From: Eledone cirrhosa
Taxonomy: Eukaryota
Assembly: GCA_964016885.1 (NCBI GenBank)
Contig: OZ024742.1
Coordinates: 211,668,001-211,732,000, forward strand
Direction of reading: 5' to 3'
Length of the DNA: 64,000 bases
The position numbers and the translations under genes were made by a program. The notes below the pieces were generated by a model, which saw only the letters and a list, made by a program, of their open reading frames with translations, was not told the DNA's origin and did not search any database. This document shows, piece by piece, positions 13,709-26,329 of the stretch (the first letter of the stretch is position 1; each line of letters begins with the position of its first letter).

Positions 13709-14667
13709 CCCCTTTAAGAATACCCCTTTAAGAAAACCCACTGTACCAATAGGAAATGTATCATATGTAAGGTGAACCCCCGGATAAACTGTAAAACTAG
13801 AAACGTAGTCTATAGCATAAGATGTACAGAGGGTACTTGCAGAAACATGACAACAACATACATAGGCGAGACAGCTCGTAGCATAGGTGAAAGGATAGAC
13901 CAACACTGGGGGGAACTAAAAGGACGAAAAAATGGGTCAGTACTATACGAACATGCTAGACAACAACATGACGGTAACATAGACAACATAGAAATTAGAA
14001 TAATATCTAAACATAGGAATGACCCAGCAGATAGGCAATTCAGAGAGGCCAGTGAAATAGAAATTAGAAGACCAAAGCTAAACAGAAAGAATGAGTGGAA
14101 CAACAACAACACCCAAACAAACAACACTGACCTAAGAGAAGTATAAATAAGTAAATAAAATAAAATAAAATAAGATAAATAAATACATACACAAGCACAA
14201 TAACAACAAGCACATAAACAAACACTAGTCACCCAGCAGACACAACACTATACACACTAGTCACACAGCAAACGCAACACTATACACACACGCAAACGCA
14301 TGCGCAAAGAAGACAAAATAAAATAAACAAACAAGAAAATAAATAAATAAATATATAGACAGACTGAATAAAAAATGGCGTAGACATACAACACAACAGG
14401 AGGAAAAAATATAACACCACTGACGATGTTGCAGATGTGCAACGAAAGATTTATGTAAATTATGTAAACTATATATATGTGTTTGTGTCTATATTGTATC
14501 TGTATTATTTTTGACCGTCGGTCAGTCAATGGCAACATTGAGGACCGATTAAGTTAGATCGCAGATATAAAGGACAGCGAGAAGCGAAAACCAACCAAAC
14601 AGTGAGTGTGTTCTGTTATTAATTCTGGCAATATTACACAAATATGACCCTCCCCAAGTATAACAAT
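13709..14667 (+). mobile_element. Penelope-like retroelement 3' fragment (GIY-YIG endonuclease + pLTR-like region)
   Basis: CTNRKCIIC...NCKTRNVVYSIRC...YIGETARSIGERIDQH...LYEH...REASEI...PKLN matches the PLE-type GIY-YIG pattern; downstream CTGACGA-stem-GAAA motif at 14420-14447; 5' truncated and embedded in a TA satellite. Confidence 0.82.
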
Positions 14668-14676
14668 ATACTTATA

Positions 14677-14709
<33 letters not shown>

Positions 14710-14720
14710 CTATACTTATA

Positions 14721-14758
<38 letters not shown>

Positions 14759-14831
14759 TATACTTATAATATATATATATATCTATATATATATATATAT
14801 ATATATACTATACTTATAATATATATATATA
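14668..14831. repeat. CTATACTTATAATACA-(TA)n compound satellite, block 2
   Basis: Same core as block 1. Confidence 0.93.
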
Positions 14832-17800
14832 TCATCATCATCATTTTACGTCCGCTTTTCACTACTTGCAAGGGTGGGACGGGTCTTATTCAGCACAGCA
14901 TCTCTCCACTCGTCACGGTCCTTCGTCATCTCCACCGTGAGCTTCAATGATCTGAGGTCTGTTCTCACCACCTCCACCCATGTTTTTCGTGGTCTACCTC
15001 TACCACGTCTTCCTTCAACTGGCATTTCCTGGCACTTCTTCACCCGTCGGTCATCCTCCATGCGCATCACATGTCCATACCACCTCAGTCTCCTCTCCCG
15101 TACACTACATTCTATCCTTCTCAGACACAGTTTCTCTCTCAACACATTTATGCTGGGTCGTTCATGCACATTTACACTGCACATCCAACGGAGCATGCTT
15201 GCCTCATTTCTCTCCAGCCGTCGCATATCCTCTGCAGTTGCTGCCCATGTCTCACTACCATGCAGCATCGCGCTCCTCACACAGGCATCATACAACCGGC
15301 CTTTCGTACGCAGGGAGAAACCCTTCTTCGTCAACAGAGGAAGCAGCTCCCTAAACTTCTTCCAACCCGTCCTTATTCTAGATACTATGGCCTCGGAACA
15401 CCCTCCTCCCATGCTAATCTGATCTCCTAGGTACCGGAAGCTATCCACCACTTCTATAGCACCCTCCTGCATTTGAAAAATGTGTCTATCAATGCGACTT
15501 CTACTGTCTAATTTCCCTGTACATCTACTGCATACATATTTCTCCCTACCTGTTAGTTTGCCTGCTATCCCGCTACATCTCTTGTGTACCCAGGATCTGC
15601 ATTGTGTGCATTTTATAGAATTTATGCCAGTTCCTTTTCTGCATATCGAACATGGCCATTTCCCTGACGGAATCAGGGTTTTGTCCTCTTTTCTACTCAT
15701 CAACACTTTTGTCTTAGTTAGGTTCACTCTCAGTCCTCTTGCTTCCAACTGCTGTTTCCATAGCCAGAATTTATTCTCTAGCTCCTCTACTGATTCTGCT
15801 ATAAGAACCAGATCGTCAGCATAGAGAAGTTCCCCATGGACAGCCAGTCTTAAACTCCTCTTTTATGGCTTGGAGGACTATAATGAACAAGAGCGGGCTG
15901 AGGACCGAACCCTGATGTACTCCTACTTGTATCTGGAATTCCTCACTAAACTCCATTCCTACTCTGACTTTACTGAGAGTACTTCTGTACAAAGTTTGCA
16001 CTGTCCTCACAAGCCATTCCTCAACACCTAGCTTCCTTAGGGACCACCAGATGACAGATCGGGGTACCCTATCAAAGGCCTTCTCTAGGTCAACAAAGGC
16101 TATGTATAGTGGCTTATTTTTCTCTAAGAACCTCTCTTGCAATTGTCTCACCAAGAAGAGGGCATCTGTTGTACTCTTCCCAGGCACAAAACCAAACTGC
16201 ATCTCATCTAGTTTGACCCTTTCTCTAATTAGTTGTGCTAATATCCTTTCTGCCACTTTCATAACCTGATCTATCAGTTTTATACCCCTATAATTGCTCC
16301 TCTCCAGAGCATCCCCTTTACCTTTGTAGCAATTTATGAGAATACTGCTGCACCAGTCTTTGGGTATGACACCACCATATATAGCCTGATTGATGATGCG
16401 TGTAACCAGTTTAGTGCCTACGTCCCCTGATGCCTTCAGCAACTATTCCCGATGGTCCAGCAGCCTTACCATTTTTCATTTCCCTAATCGCCTCTTGGAC
16501 CCTATATTCGTCAATCTCAATAGCTGGTCCCTCTGTCGGATCTACTAATGGTAATTTCTCTCTCTCCCATTCGTTCTCCACATTCATCAGTCTCTCATAA
16601 TGACATTTCCAAGCCTCCTTTTTCTGATCATTCGTGACACTAAGTACACCGGCATCATCCCGGACACATTTATCTCCAACAACATCGTGATTTGCATTGA
16701 CACACTGCCTTGCAATGTGGAACACCGCACGCCTCTGATCTTCCCATCGCAGAACATTGGCAAACCTCCTACTCTCCGCCTCCCTGCGTGCTAAGTACAC
16801 CTGACGTCTAGCTTCTCTCTTAGTGGCTGTATATTCTTCCCTACTCCCACCCTTTTCCCAAGCCTTCCATGCTAGTCTTTTGTCTCTAATGGCCTTATCT
16901 ACTGTGCTGTTCCACCACCAGGTCACTCTCTGTCTGGTTGGAGCTCTGCTCCAGCCACAAGTTTCATCAGTAGCCTGCAGCAAGTTGTCACGTAAGAAAT
17001 TCCAGTTATTATCTATGTCATATGTCTCTAAATCGTCTTCTTTTTCGTCATATACATCTTGAAGGGCTTTCCTAAATTTATATTTTAGTGAAAGGTCTTT
17101 TAGCGTCCAGACCTTTCTTCTCCACACCTTCCTATATGTCTCATTCCATCTCTTGCTTACTGAGATATCACTAACAACTAACCTATGCTGTGGGGTACAT
17201 TCTTCCCCAGGGTATGCCTTGGTATTACACACTATCTGCCTGTCCCGCTGCCTAACTAGTAAGAAGTGAATCTGGCTTATGTGCTCACCAGATTTGTAAG
17301 TTATTAGGTGATTAGCAGGTTTCTGGAAGTTTGTGTTGCAAATAGTCAATGTACCTGCATCACAAAATTCAAGAAGTCTCACTCCTTCTTCATTTCTTGA
17401 GCCATAACCGTGCCCACCATGTACCCCAGTGTAACCATCCTGGAGCTGTCCAACATGACCATTGAAGTCTCCTGCTAGCATAACGATGTCTCCGTCCTCT
17501 GTCATTGCGGTTGTTTGTAAAAGTTGCTCGTAAAAGCAGTCTTTCTCATCTTTGCCTAAGCCTGCTTGGGGAGCATAGGCCGAGATGATTGTCAGTAGTC
17601 TCCTGCCTACAACTAATCTAAGCTTAATTATTCGATTACTAACTCGAACTACCTCTATTGTCTTACTGATCCATTTCTCAGCCAGGAAAATGCCTACTCC
17701 CCCTAACCCATCATCCTTACCTACCCAGAATAGCTTATAGCTAAGACGTTTGCCTACGACTAGTCTCACAGAGGCACCTCTCCATCTCACCTCTTGCACA

Positions 17801-18100
17801 CAGCACACATCCACCTGCCTTCTCTCCAGCATCTCTGCTATTTCAGCAGATCTACCTCTGAGAGTGCCAACATTAAGTGTTGCAACTCTGAGATGTGACG
17901 TCTTCATATTTTATTGTTGTTCCTATTTGTTGCTGTGCTGATAAGCGTTTTGGCATTGATACACTGGTTGGATGCCCTTCCTAACACCAGCGCCACTTTA
18001 CAGCATGGACTGGGTGCTTTTATTTGTGCCACCAGCACTAGAGAGGATGTCTTACTAGACTCAAGGGCCCTCTCTACCCCTCCATTTTACAGCATGGTCA
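14832..18100 (-). mobile_element. Near-full-length RTE-clade LINE (APE endonuclease + RT + PHD-like finger), two frameshifts
   Basis: ORF pieces 17907-16411 (TLNVGT, CVQE, GDFNGH, HRLV APE motifs), 16442-15816 (FVDLEKAFDRV, QGSVLSPLLF) and 15748-14846 (YLG, GRPRKTW); YADD sits across the second frameshift; 3' tail GGACGTAAAATGATGATGAT. The 5' boundary is approximate. Confidence 0.93.
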
Positions 18101-19441
18101 TTTAAAAAAAAAAAAAAAAAAAAAAACTTATTGACACGACGCACGCACACACACTCACACACCAACACTCATGCATACAAACCACAAACACACACACGCC
18201 ACTCACATACCAACACTCATTCATGCATACAAACACACACACCACTCACAAACACACACACATATATATATATATTACTGGCAGTACTGATACAAATACA
18301 AAATCATGTCAACTGTTGACTTTTCCCAGTCCAGTTCAGTTTTTATATAATAATAATAATAATAATTGTTTGCTTTAAGCTGGTAATGGTGGTGGATGGT
18401 GTCAGTATGGTGGTGGTGGTGGTGGTGGATGGTCAGTGATGGTGGTGGCAGTTGTTGCTGTAGTTGTTATTGTAGTTGCTGCTGCTGTTGTTGTTGTTGT
18501 TGTTGCTGCTGCCGTTGTTGTTGTTCTTCATTTCACTGATGCTGCAGACAATGGTGTTGATGCTGTTATTGTAGTCGCATATATATAAATACATACACAC
18601 ACACACATTCAACACAGATAATGGTGTAGTTGCTGTTGTTGTTGTAGTTGTGTTGAAATCTGGTCGCATCCACTGAGATATACATACACACACACACACA
18701 CATATATATATGTATATACACATACATACATCAAAAGAGTTAGCAGTATGTCAACAGGTCAGTCACCTTAGATAGAGTAATGAGTAATGTGGTAATGGTG
18801 GGGAGCGAGTGTAGACGTTATTGTTATTGTGGTGGTGGAGGTCAGTGAGATGTACAAGTTCATAGTTCACATGTCTCCCTTCCTCTCTCTTCAAAATTTT
18901 GAATTTATGGCCCCTTGCAATGGCGGACAAGTATATATATATATATATAATATATAAGAAGCAAAGAAAATTTCAATGATACAAAGGATTTCCTGGTGGA
19001 AGTTCAGGTGTACTCAGGGTTGGTATCCAGTTTCGGGGTGAAAATCCAATTAGAAAATCCAACGAATTTTGAGAGGTCCACGCAAGCATTGATATATATG
19101 TATGCAAAATGTAAACAGAAATAACAACACATATACTAATGAACATGTTTTTACATTAAACACAGAGGGACATCTGTAAATGATAATAACAATATTTAGA
19201 TATAAATGTACATATCTCTATTGGTCTCAATTATTTTTTTTTTCTTGTGTGTAGCAACACGTGGTTGTGTGTTGCTGATGACTCTAGCAGAGCCCAAGAA
19301 AATGTGTATATAAAATGTGTGTATAAATATATATATATATATATTTGGGAGACCACAAACTATGGGAGTACTCAATGCATGGGGAGATGCAGAATATATA
19401 TATATATATATGCATATATATATATAGTTTTAATATAGATG

Positions 19442-19492
19442 AGATTCTACAGGACTAGAACTGTTTCATTCTTTAGAAATCATCAGGAATCT
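19442..19492 (-). ncRNA. Putative type I hammerhead ribozyme (inverted copy, sense to the SLC7 pre-mRNA)
   Basis: Reverse complement of 20251-20301. Confidence 0.68.
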
Positions 19493-20250
19493 GGGTATCA
19501 AAAAATAAGTATGGTATTTATAGGTCTCTACAAGTGGTAGGAGAGGGTGGGGAGTGGGATGGGTGTAGGTCATTGGTTGATAGAAAATTCATTAAAAGCT
19601 AATTCTACAAAGCTATAGTTTATTTTTATTTTTAGAGTAACAAAGGCAGAAAGAATTCTATAAACAGGTTCAGGATGGCATACCACTCCTTATTAAGTTT
19701 CTCTTAAGCTAACAGGTGTCTATAAGATCAGTGGGGTCAGTCATGGTAGATAGATATGTGTATTTTTATATATGTGTGTGTGTGTGTGTATATATATGTA
19801 TATGTGTATGTGTGTGTGTTTATGGGTGCGCGCGAGTGTGTGAGTGAGTGTGTTTTGTGAATGTGTCTGTTGATTTTGGCATTGTAAGATATGCACTCAA
19901 TATTTTGAATTTGTCTACAGAATTCTCTAAACCTGTGTCACTTAGTAAAGAATTTAGCTTTTAAAGAATCTCCCTTTCCTTTAAATCTATCTACCATGAC
20001 TGACCCCACTGATCTTATAGACACCTGTTAGCTTAAGAGAAACTTAATAATAAGGAGTGGCATGCCATCCTGAACCTGTTTATAGAATTCTTTCTGCCTT
20101 TGTTACTCTAAAAATATAAATAAACTATAGCTTTGTAGAATTAGCTTTTAATGAATTTACTATCAACCAATGACCTACACCCATCCCACTCCCCACCCTC
20201 TCCTACCACTTGTAGAGACCTATAAATACCATACTTATTTTTTGATACAC

Positions 20251-20301
20251 AGATTCCTGATGATTTCTAAAGAATGAAACAGTTCTAGTCCTGTAGAATC
20301 T
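20251..20301 (+). ncRNA. Putative type I hammerhead ribozyme
   Basis: Stem I AGATTC/GAATCT, core CTGATGA, stem II TTC-TAAA-GAA (closing pair U.U), GAAA, stem III ACAG/CTGT, cleavage triplet GUA. Confidence 0.7.
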
Positions 20302-20383
20302 CATCTATATTAAAACTTTTATACTCTGCATTGTATTGAGTACCTTACTTACTGTGGTTACCTCCGATTCAACCCGGAATAAC

Positions 20384-20384
<1 letters not shown>

Positions 20385-20424
<40 letters not shown>

Positions 20425-20549
20425 TAGTAATGCTTTCGCAGTATAGTATATATATATATATATATATATACTATACTTATAATACATATATATATACATA
20501 CTATACTTATAATACATGTATATATATATATATATATACTATACTTATA

Positions 20550-20594
<45 letters not shown>

Positions 20595-20717
20595 TAGTAA
20601 TGCTTTCGCAGTATAGTATATATATATATATATATATACTATACTTATAATACATATATATATACATACTATACTTATAATACATGTATATATATATATA
20701 TATATACTATACTTATA

Positions 20718-20757
<40 letters not shown>

Positions 20758-20767
20758 TATACTTATA

Positions 20768-20798
<31 letters not shown>

Positions 20799-21013
20799 CT
20801 ATACTTATAATACATATATATATATATATATATATATACACTATACTTATAATACATATATATATATATATATATATATACACTATACTTATAATACATA
20901 TATATATATATATATATATATACACTATACTTATAATACATATATATATATATATATATACACTATACTTATAATACATATATATATATATATATATATA
21001 CACTATACTTATA

Positions 21014-21044
<31 letters not shown>

Positions 21045-21057
21045 CACTATACTTATA

Positions 21058-21095
<38 letters not shown>

Positions 21096-21133
21096 TATAC
21101 TTATCATATATATATATATATACTATACTTATA

Positions 21134-21164
<31 letters not shown>

Positions 21165-21209
21165 ATACTTATAATACATATATATATATATATATATACT
21201 ATACTTATA

Positions 21210-21240
<31 letters not shown>

Positions 21241-21249
21241 ATACTTATA

Positions 21250-21280
<31 letters not shown>

Positions 21281-21289
21281 ATACTTATA

Positions 21290-21320
<31 letters not shown>

Positions 21321-21403
21321 ATACTTATAATACATATATATATATATATATATACTATACTTATAATACATATATATATATATATATATATACTATACTT
21401 ATA

Positions 21404-21434
<31 letters not shown>

Positions 21435-21553
21435 CTATACTTATAATACATATATATATATATATATATACTATACTTATAATACATATATATATATATA
21501 TATATACTATACTTATAATACATATATATATATATATATATACTATACTTATA

Positions 21554-21584
<31 letters not shown>

Positions 21585-21667
21585 ATACTTATAATACATA
21601 TATATATATATATATATACTATACTTATAATACATATATATATATATATATATATACTATACTTATA

Positions 21668-21698
<31 letters not shown>

Positions 21699-21707
21699 AT
21701 ACTTATA

Positions 21708-21738
<31 letters not shown>

Positions 21739-21749
21739 CTATACTTATA

Positions 21750-21780
<31 letters not shown>

Positions 21781-21865
21781 ATACTTATAATACATATATA
21801 TATATATATATATATACTATACTTATAATACATATATATATATATATATATATACTATACTTATA

Positions 21866-21896
<31 letters not shown>

Positions 21897-22664
21897 ATAC
21901 TTATAATACATATATATATATATATATATATACTATACTTATAATACATATATATATATATATATATATACTATACTTATAATACATATATATATATATA
22001 TATATATACTATACTTATAATACATATATATATATATATATATATACTATACTTATAATACATATATATATATATATATATACTTATAATACATATATAT
22101 ATATATATATATACTATACTTATAATACATATATATATATATATATATACTATACTTATAATACATATATATATATATATATATATACTATACTTATAAT
22201 ACATATATATATATATATATATACTATACTTATAATACATATATATATATATATATATACTATACTTATAATACATATATATATATATATATATACTATA
22301 CTTATAATACATATATATATATATATATATATACTATACTTATAATACATATATATATATATATATATACTATACTTATAATACATATATATATATATAT
22401 ATATACTATACTTATAATACATATATATATATATATATATATACTATACTTATAATACATATATATATATATATATATACTATACTTATAATACATATAT
22501 ATATATATATATATACTATACTTATAATACATATATATATATATATATATACTATACTTATAATACATATATATATATATATATACTATACTTATAATAC
22601 ATATATATATATATATATACTATACTTATAATACATATATATATATATATATACTATACTTATA

Positions 22665-22695
<31 letters not shown>

Positions 22696-22704
22696 ATACT
22701 TATA

Positions 22705-22735
<31 letters not shown>

Positions 22736-22744
22736 ATACTTATA

Positions 22745-22775
<31 letters not shown>

Positions 22776-22784
22776 ATACTTATA

Positions 22785-22815
<31 letters not shown>

Positions 22816-22826
22816 CTATACTTATA

Positions 22827-22857
<31 letters not shown>

Positions 22858-23325
22858 ATACTTATAATACATATATATATATATATATATATACTATACT
22901 TATAATACATATATATATATATATACTATACTTATAATACATATATATATATATACTATACTTATAATACATATATATATATATATATACTATACTTATA
23001 ATACATATATATATACTATACTTATAATACATATATATATACTATACTTATAATACATATATATATACTATACTTATATATATATATATATATACTATAC
23101 TTATATATATATATACTATACTTATATATATATATATATATATACTATACTTATATATATATATATATATACTATACTTATATATATATATATATATATA
23201 CTATACTTATAATACATATATATATATATATATACTATACTTATAATATATATATATATATATACTATACTTATAATACATATATATATATATATGTATA
23301 TATACTATACTTATAATACATATAC
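20385..23325. repeat. CTATACTTATAATACA-(TA)n compound satellite, main ~2.9-kb block
   Basis: Dozens of copies of the same core. Confidence 0.97.
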
Positions 23326-24799
23326 ATCATCATCATCATCATTTCATTTTACGTCCGCTCCTCCCTGCCTGCAAGGGTGGGACGGGAACTGATTCTGGCT
23401 TGATTTCTACAGCTGGATGCCCTTCCTAACACCAACCTCATTTACAGTGAGTGCTGGGTGCTTTTTTTCCGAGGCGCCTACACGTCCACTTTACAGTGGA
23501 ATGATAGGGACCCCAGTCCCTATCATCTCATTTCTACAGCTGAGTAAACTGGAGCAATGTGAAATAAAGTGTCTTGCTCAAGGAAACAACACATCACCTG
23601 GTCCAAGAATTGAACTCACAACCTTTTGATTGCAAGGCCAATGCTCTAACCACTAAGCCATGTGCCTCCACATGTACATATTTTTGTAGCAGCCATAAGA
23701 GATTGCCACAAGAATTCTATGACAACTGTGAAGCCTACAAATAGGCCAACAATGTTAACCCCTGTTTTAGCAGAGAAAATGGCTCTAAAACAATTGTTGT
23801 TGGAGGTTGTCATAGTAGACATGGTTGAAGACTTTGCTGATGTCAAGTACAACAACATTGCTTCCATTGATGTTCCAAAGGATTGTGAAGGAACCTAGGG
23901 AGAGTGACCGTAATATTTTCACAAATAAATCTCAAGTCCTCATAAGTGGGTGGATTTATTATATAGTCAATAAATATATGCAATTACTGTGAAAAGGAGT
24001 TTTTGGTATTCATAGTTTTGTTTTGTTAATGTAAATAATCACGTCAACTCAAAATTTCCTATGTAAGCATGGCAAGGTTTTCAAAAGGGAAATTGTTTCA
24101 ATATATTGTTTTTAATCTTAGAAAATAACAATAATTGGGGAAAATGCATGTAATTTCTAACATCTATATATTTTTAATTAAATAGTTAATTATTCTTTTC
24201 AGAAGCTAATGAGTGTAAACTATTTTATTTCAATACTAGAGGTAAATTGTTTTGATATTTTCAAAACTAAATACGAATTCTTCTTTGTATTTATTTTAAT
24301 AGTAGAGCAATGACATTTTAGTTAATTACTGCATATTAAAGTTCTTTTAAAAAAAATCTATTGTGGTGATAATATTTTTACATGAAACACAATCTCATAT
24401 TTTTTGTTGGTGCTGTTTAACTATAGGTCAACCCTGATGGAATAGACCTATAATAATGGTTTCTGATTTAGGCACAAAGCCAGCAATTTGGGGAGGAGAA
24501 AGTCGATTACATTGACCCCCAGTGCATTACTGGTGCTTTATTTTATTGACCCCATAAGAATGAAAGGTAAAGTTAACCTCGGTAGGAGTAGACCTATAGT
24601 AGTCAAAAGCATTCTGATCATTGTCACCCTGTATATCCAAGACACTGTTTAATGTTTCCTCCTTTTTTGAGATGATAGAGTGTGATTTGAGGGAAATTTG
24701 GCTGCTATTTTGAACCATTGCATTGAGGCTTAATGCTTGGAGGTGTTAGAATGTAGTAGATTAGAGAAAGTAACTGTTGTTTATTGTCATCTGGCTTTG

Positions 24800-24960
24800 T
24801 TAGCTCATGGACCACATCCCTACTCACTACTATTGGAGTGGAGTTGGCTACCCACAAGTGTGAGCCCTGCGAAGTGGAGTGATTGTTCCAACGCATCTTC
24901 CTCGGCATCTGCTAGGACAATGTTCTCATCCTTTTCGATGGGACTATGAGGTATACTAAC
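24800..24960 (+). mobile_element. Short decayed CRE-like fragment
   Basis: ctactcactactattggagtggagttggc...ttccaacgcatc resembles 10430-10550 (LLTTIG.E...LFQRI). Confidence 0.6.
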
Positions 24961-25227
24961 CCTTAGCCTGCATCAATGGACTTGAAGATAGTTACACCAA
25001 TGTTGTTTATCTGGTAATGTACTTGATAAAGATTCTTACATAAAATTACTCCCCTTCTGCTTTCTCTACATCATGAAATATAAGGTTTGATTTTGACAGG
25101 AAATCTCATTGAATGTTAAATGATTTCACATCTATATGCACTAACTATCAATACTTCATGCTTCCCAATGACTATAGTAATAGCCCTCAGTACCCTGACA
25201 CTTCACATGTGAGAAGACTGCCATGAT

Positions 25228-25482
25228 ATCATCATCATCGTTTTACGTCCGTTCTTCCACGCTAGCATGGGTTAGACGAGTTGTCCTGTTGTGAGCAGTG
25301 TCTGGTCGGCTGACCATGCCTTGCTCATACAGGAACTGATTTGGCTTGATTTCTACAGCTGGATGCCCTTCCTAACACCAACCTCATTTACAGTGAGTGC
25401 TGGGTGCTTTTTCGTGGCGCCTACACGTCCACTTTACAGTGTGGGCTGGGTGCTTTTTTGCCGTGGCACCTCCACGACCACC
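25228..25482 (-). mobile_element. Short non-autonomous RTE-related element (related copies ~7850-8112, 12570-12800, 23325-23500, 39375-39550, 48030-48232, 53560-53732)
   Basis: AAAAAGCACCCAG...CTGTAAA...GGTGTTAGGAAGGGCATCCAGC body and CCCATGCTAGCGTGGAAGAACGGACGTAAAACGATGATGA tail shared with the RTE LINE. Confidence 0.8.
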
Positions 25483-26026
25483 TTATATGGATGCTATTCA
25501 TCTTGCTCAGATATAATAATATTTAAAAAAATGTTTTTTTCAATCAATGAAAATTAAGAAAATGTTGTAATGATTTTAACATAAATCAATAAGATTGAAA
25601 CTTTCAAGGCTATTAATCTCATCGTTAAAGATAAAAACTGCTTTAATATTTACATTAGCCCAACATTTTGATTGACTTGATTTTTGATCCTCATCAGATG
25701 TCTTATTCTTGGATATTACTGGGCTGGATATAAACTTGATACATTTATCCTAAATTGAAAGTAAACACATCCCTCAACCTTTTCACCAGCAAGGACTCCT
25801 TTTTATTTGAATGAACCTTCTACCCCCCCCCCCTACAATTACTCCTCTTTCAGATTGTTAAACAGTGAGAATAACAATTGAAAGAGAGAAACGTTTATAT
25901 TTAGACTAGAATATATATATCTAATATTATGTGAATATTATGTTTTAACAAAGTTCTTGAAATTTTGAATGTTCCTCATGGACCCCAACAAGCCAACCTT
26001 TGCAGATACTCAGGAGTCCCCAGACC

Positions 26027-26158
26027 CAGTGCTGGATTTACCATTGTGCTTAGGTGTCCTTAAGCACCGGCCCAAAATTGTTACCTCCTTCAGGGCCCAA
26101 GTAAGGTGCCTCATAAATTAACTAGCACAGGGCCTAATTTGTTCTAAATCCAACACTG
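26027..26158. mobile_element. hAT-like MITE
   Basis: TIRs CAGTGCTGGATTTA / TAAATCCAACACTG; homologous to 53948-54095. Confidence 0.72.
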
Positions 26159-26329
26159 TTTGAAAACTGTTGCACTAGGGTATGATGCGATAAAGATATC
26201 AAAGTTCTGATATTAAGATACTATGGACACACCCAGTTACCAGATAATGATGACTGCAGGTAAAACTGAGGGTAACCTAGTGCACATATAAATATTGAAA
26301 CATTCTTCATATCTAAAGATGAGCTGAAC

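Larger units (their letters stand above)
19426..20318. repeat. ~330-bp inverted repeat (arms ~19426-19755 and ~19985-20318), probably PLE pLTR-derived
   Basis: The arms are near-identical reverse complements, each carries a hammerhead motif, and the unit is flanked by (TA)n. Confidence 0.88.

Noticed and set aside
19250-19305. CTGATGA-CTCT-AGC-AGAG...GAAA, a possible third hammerhead
   Set aside because: There are extra bases before GAAA and no consistent stem III or NUH triplet; at most a decayed relic.
20385-23325. Constant repeat with variable spacers, superficially CRISPR-like
   Set aside because: The spacers are only (TA)n, the context is eukaryotic, and there are no cas genes.
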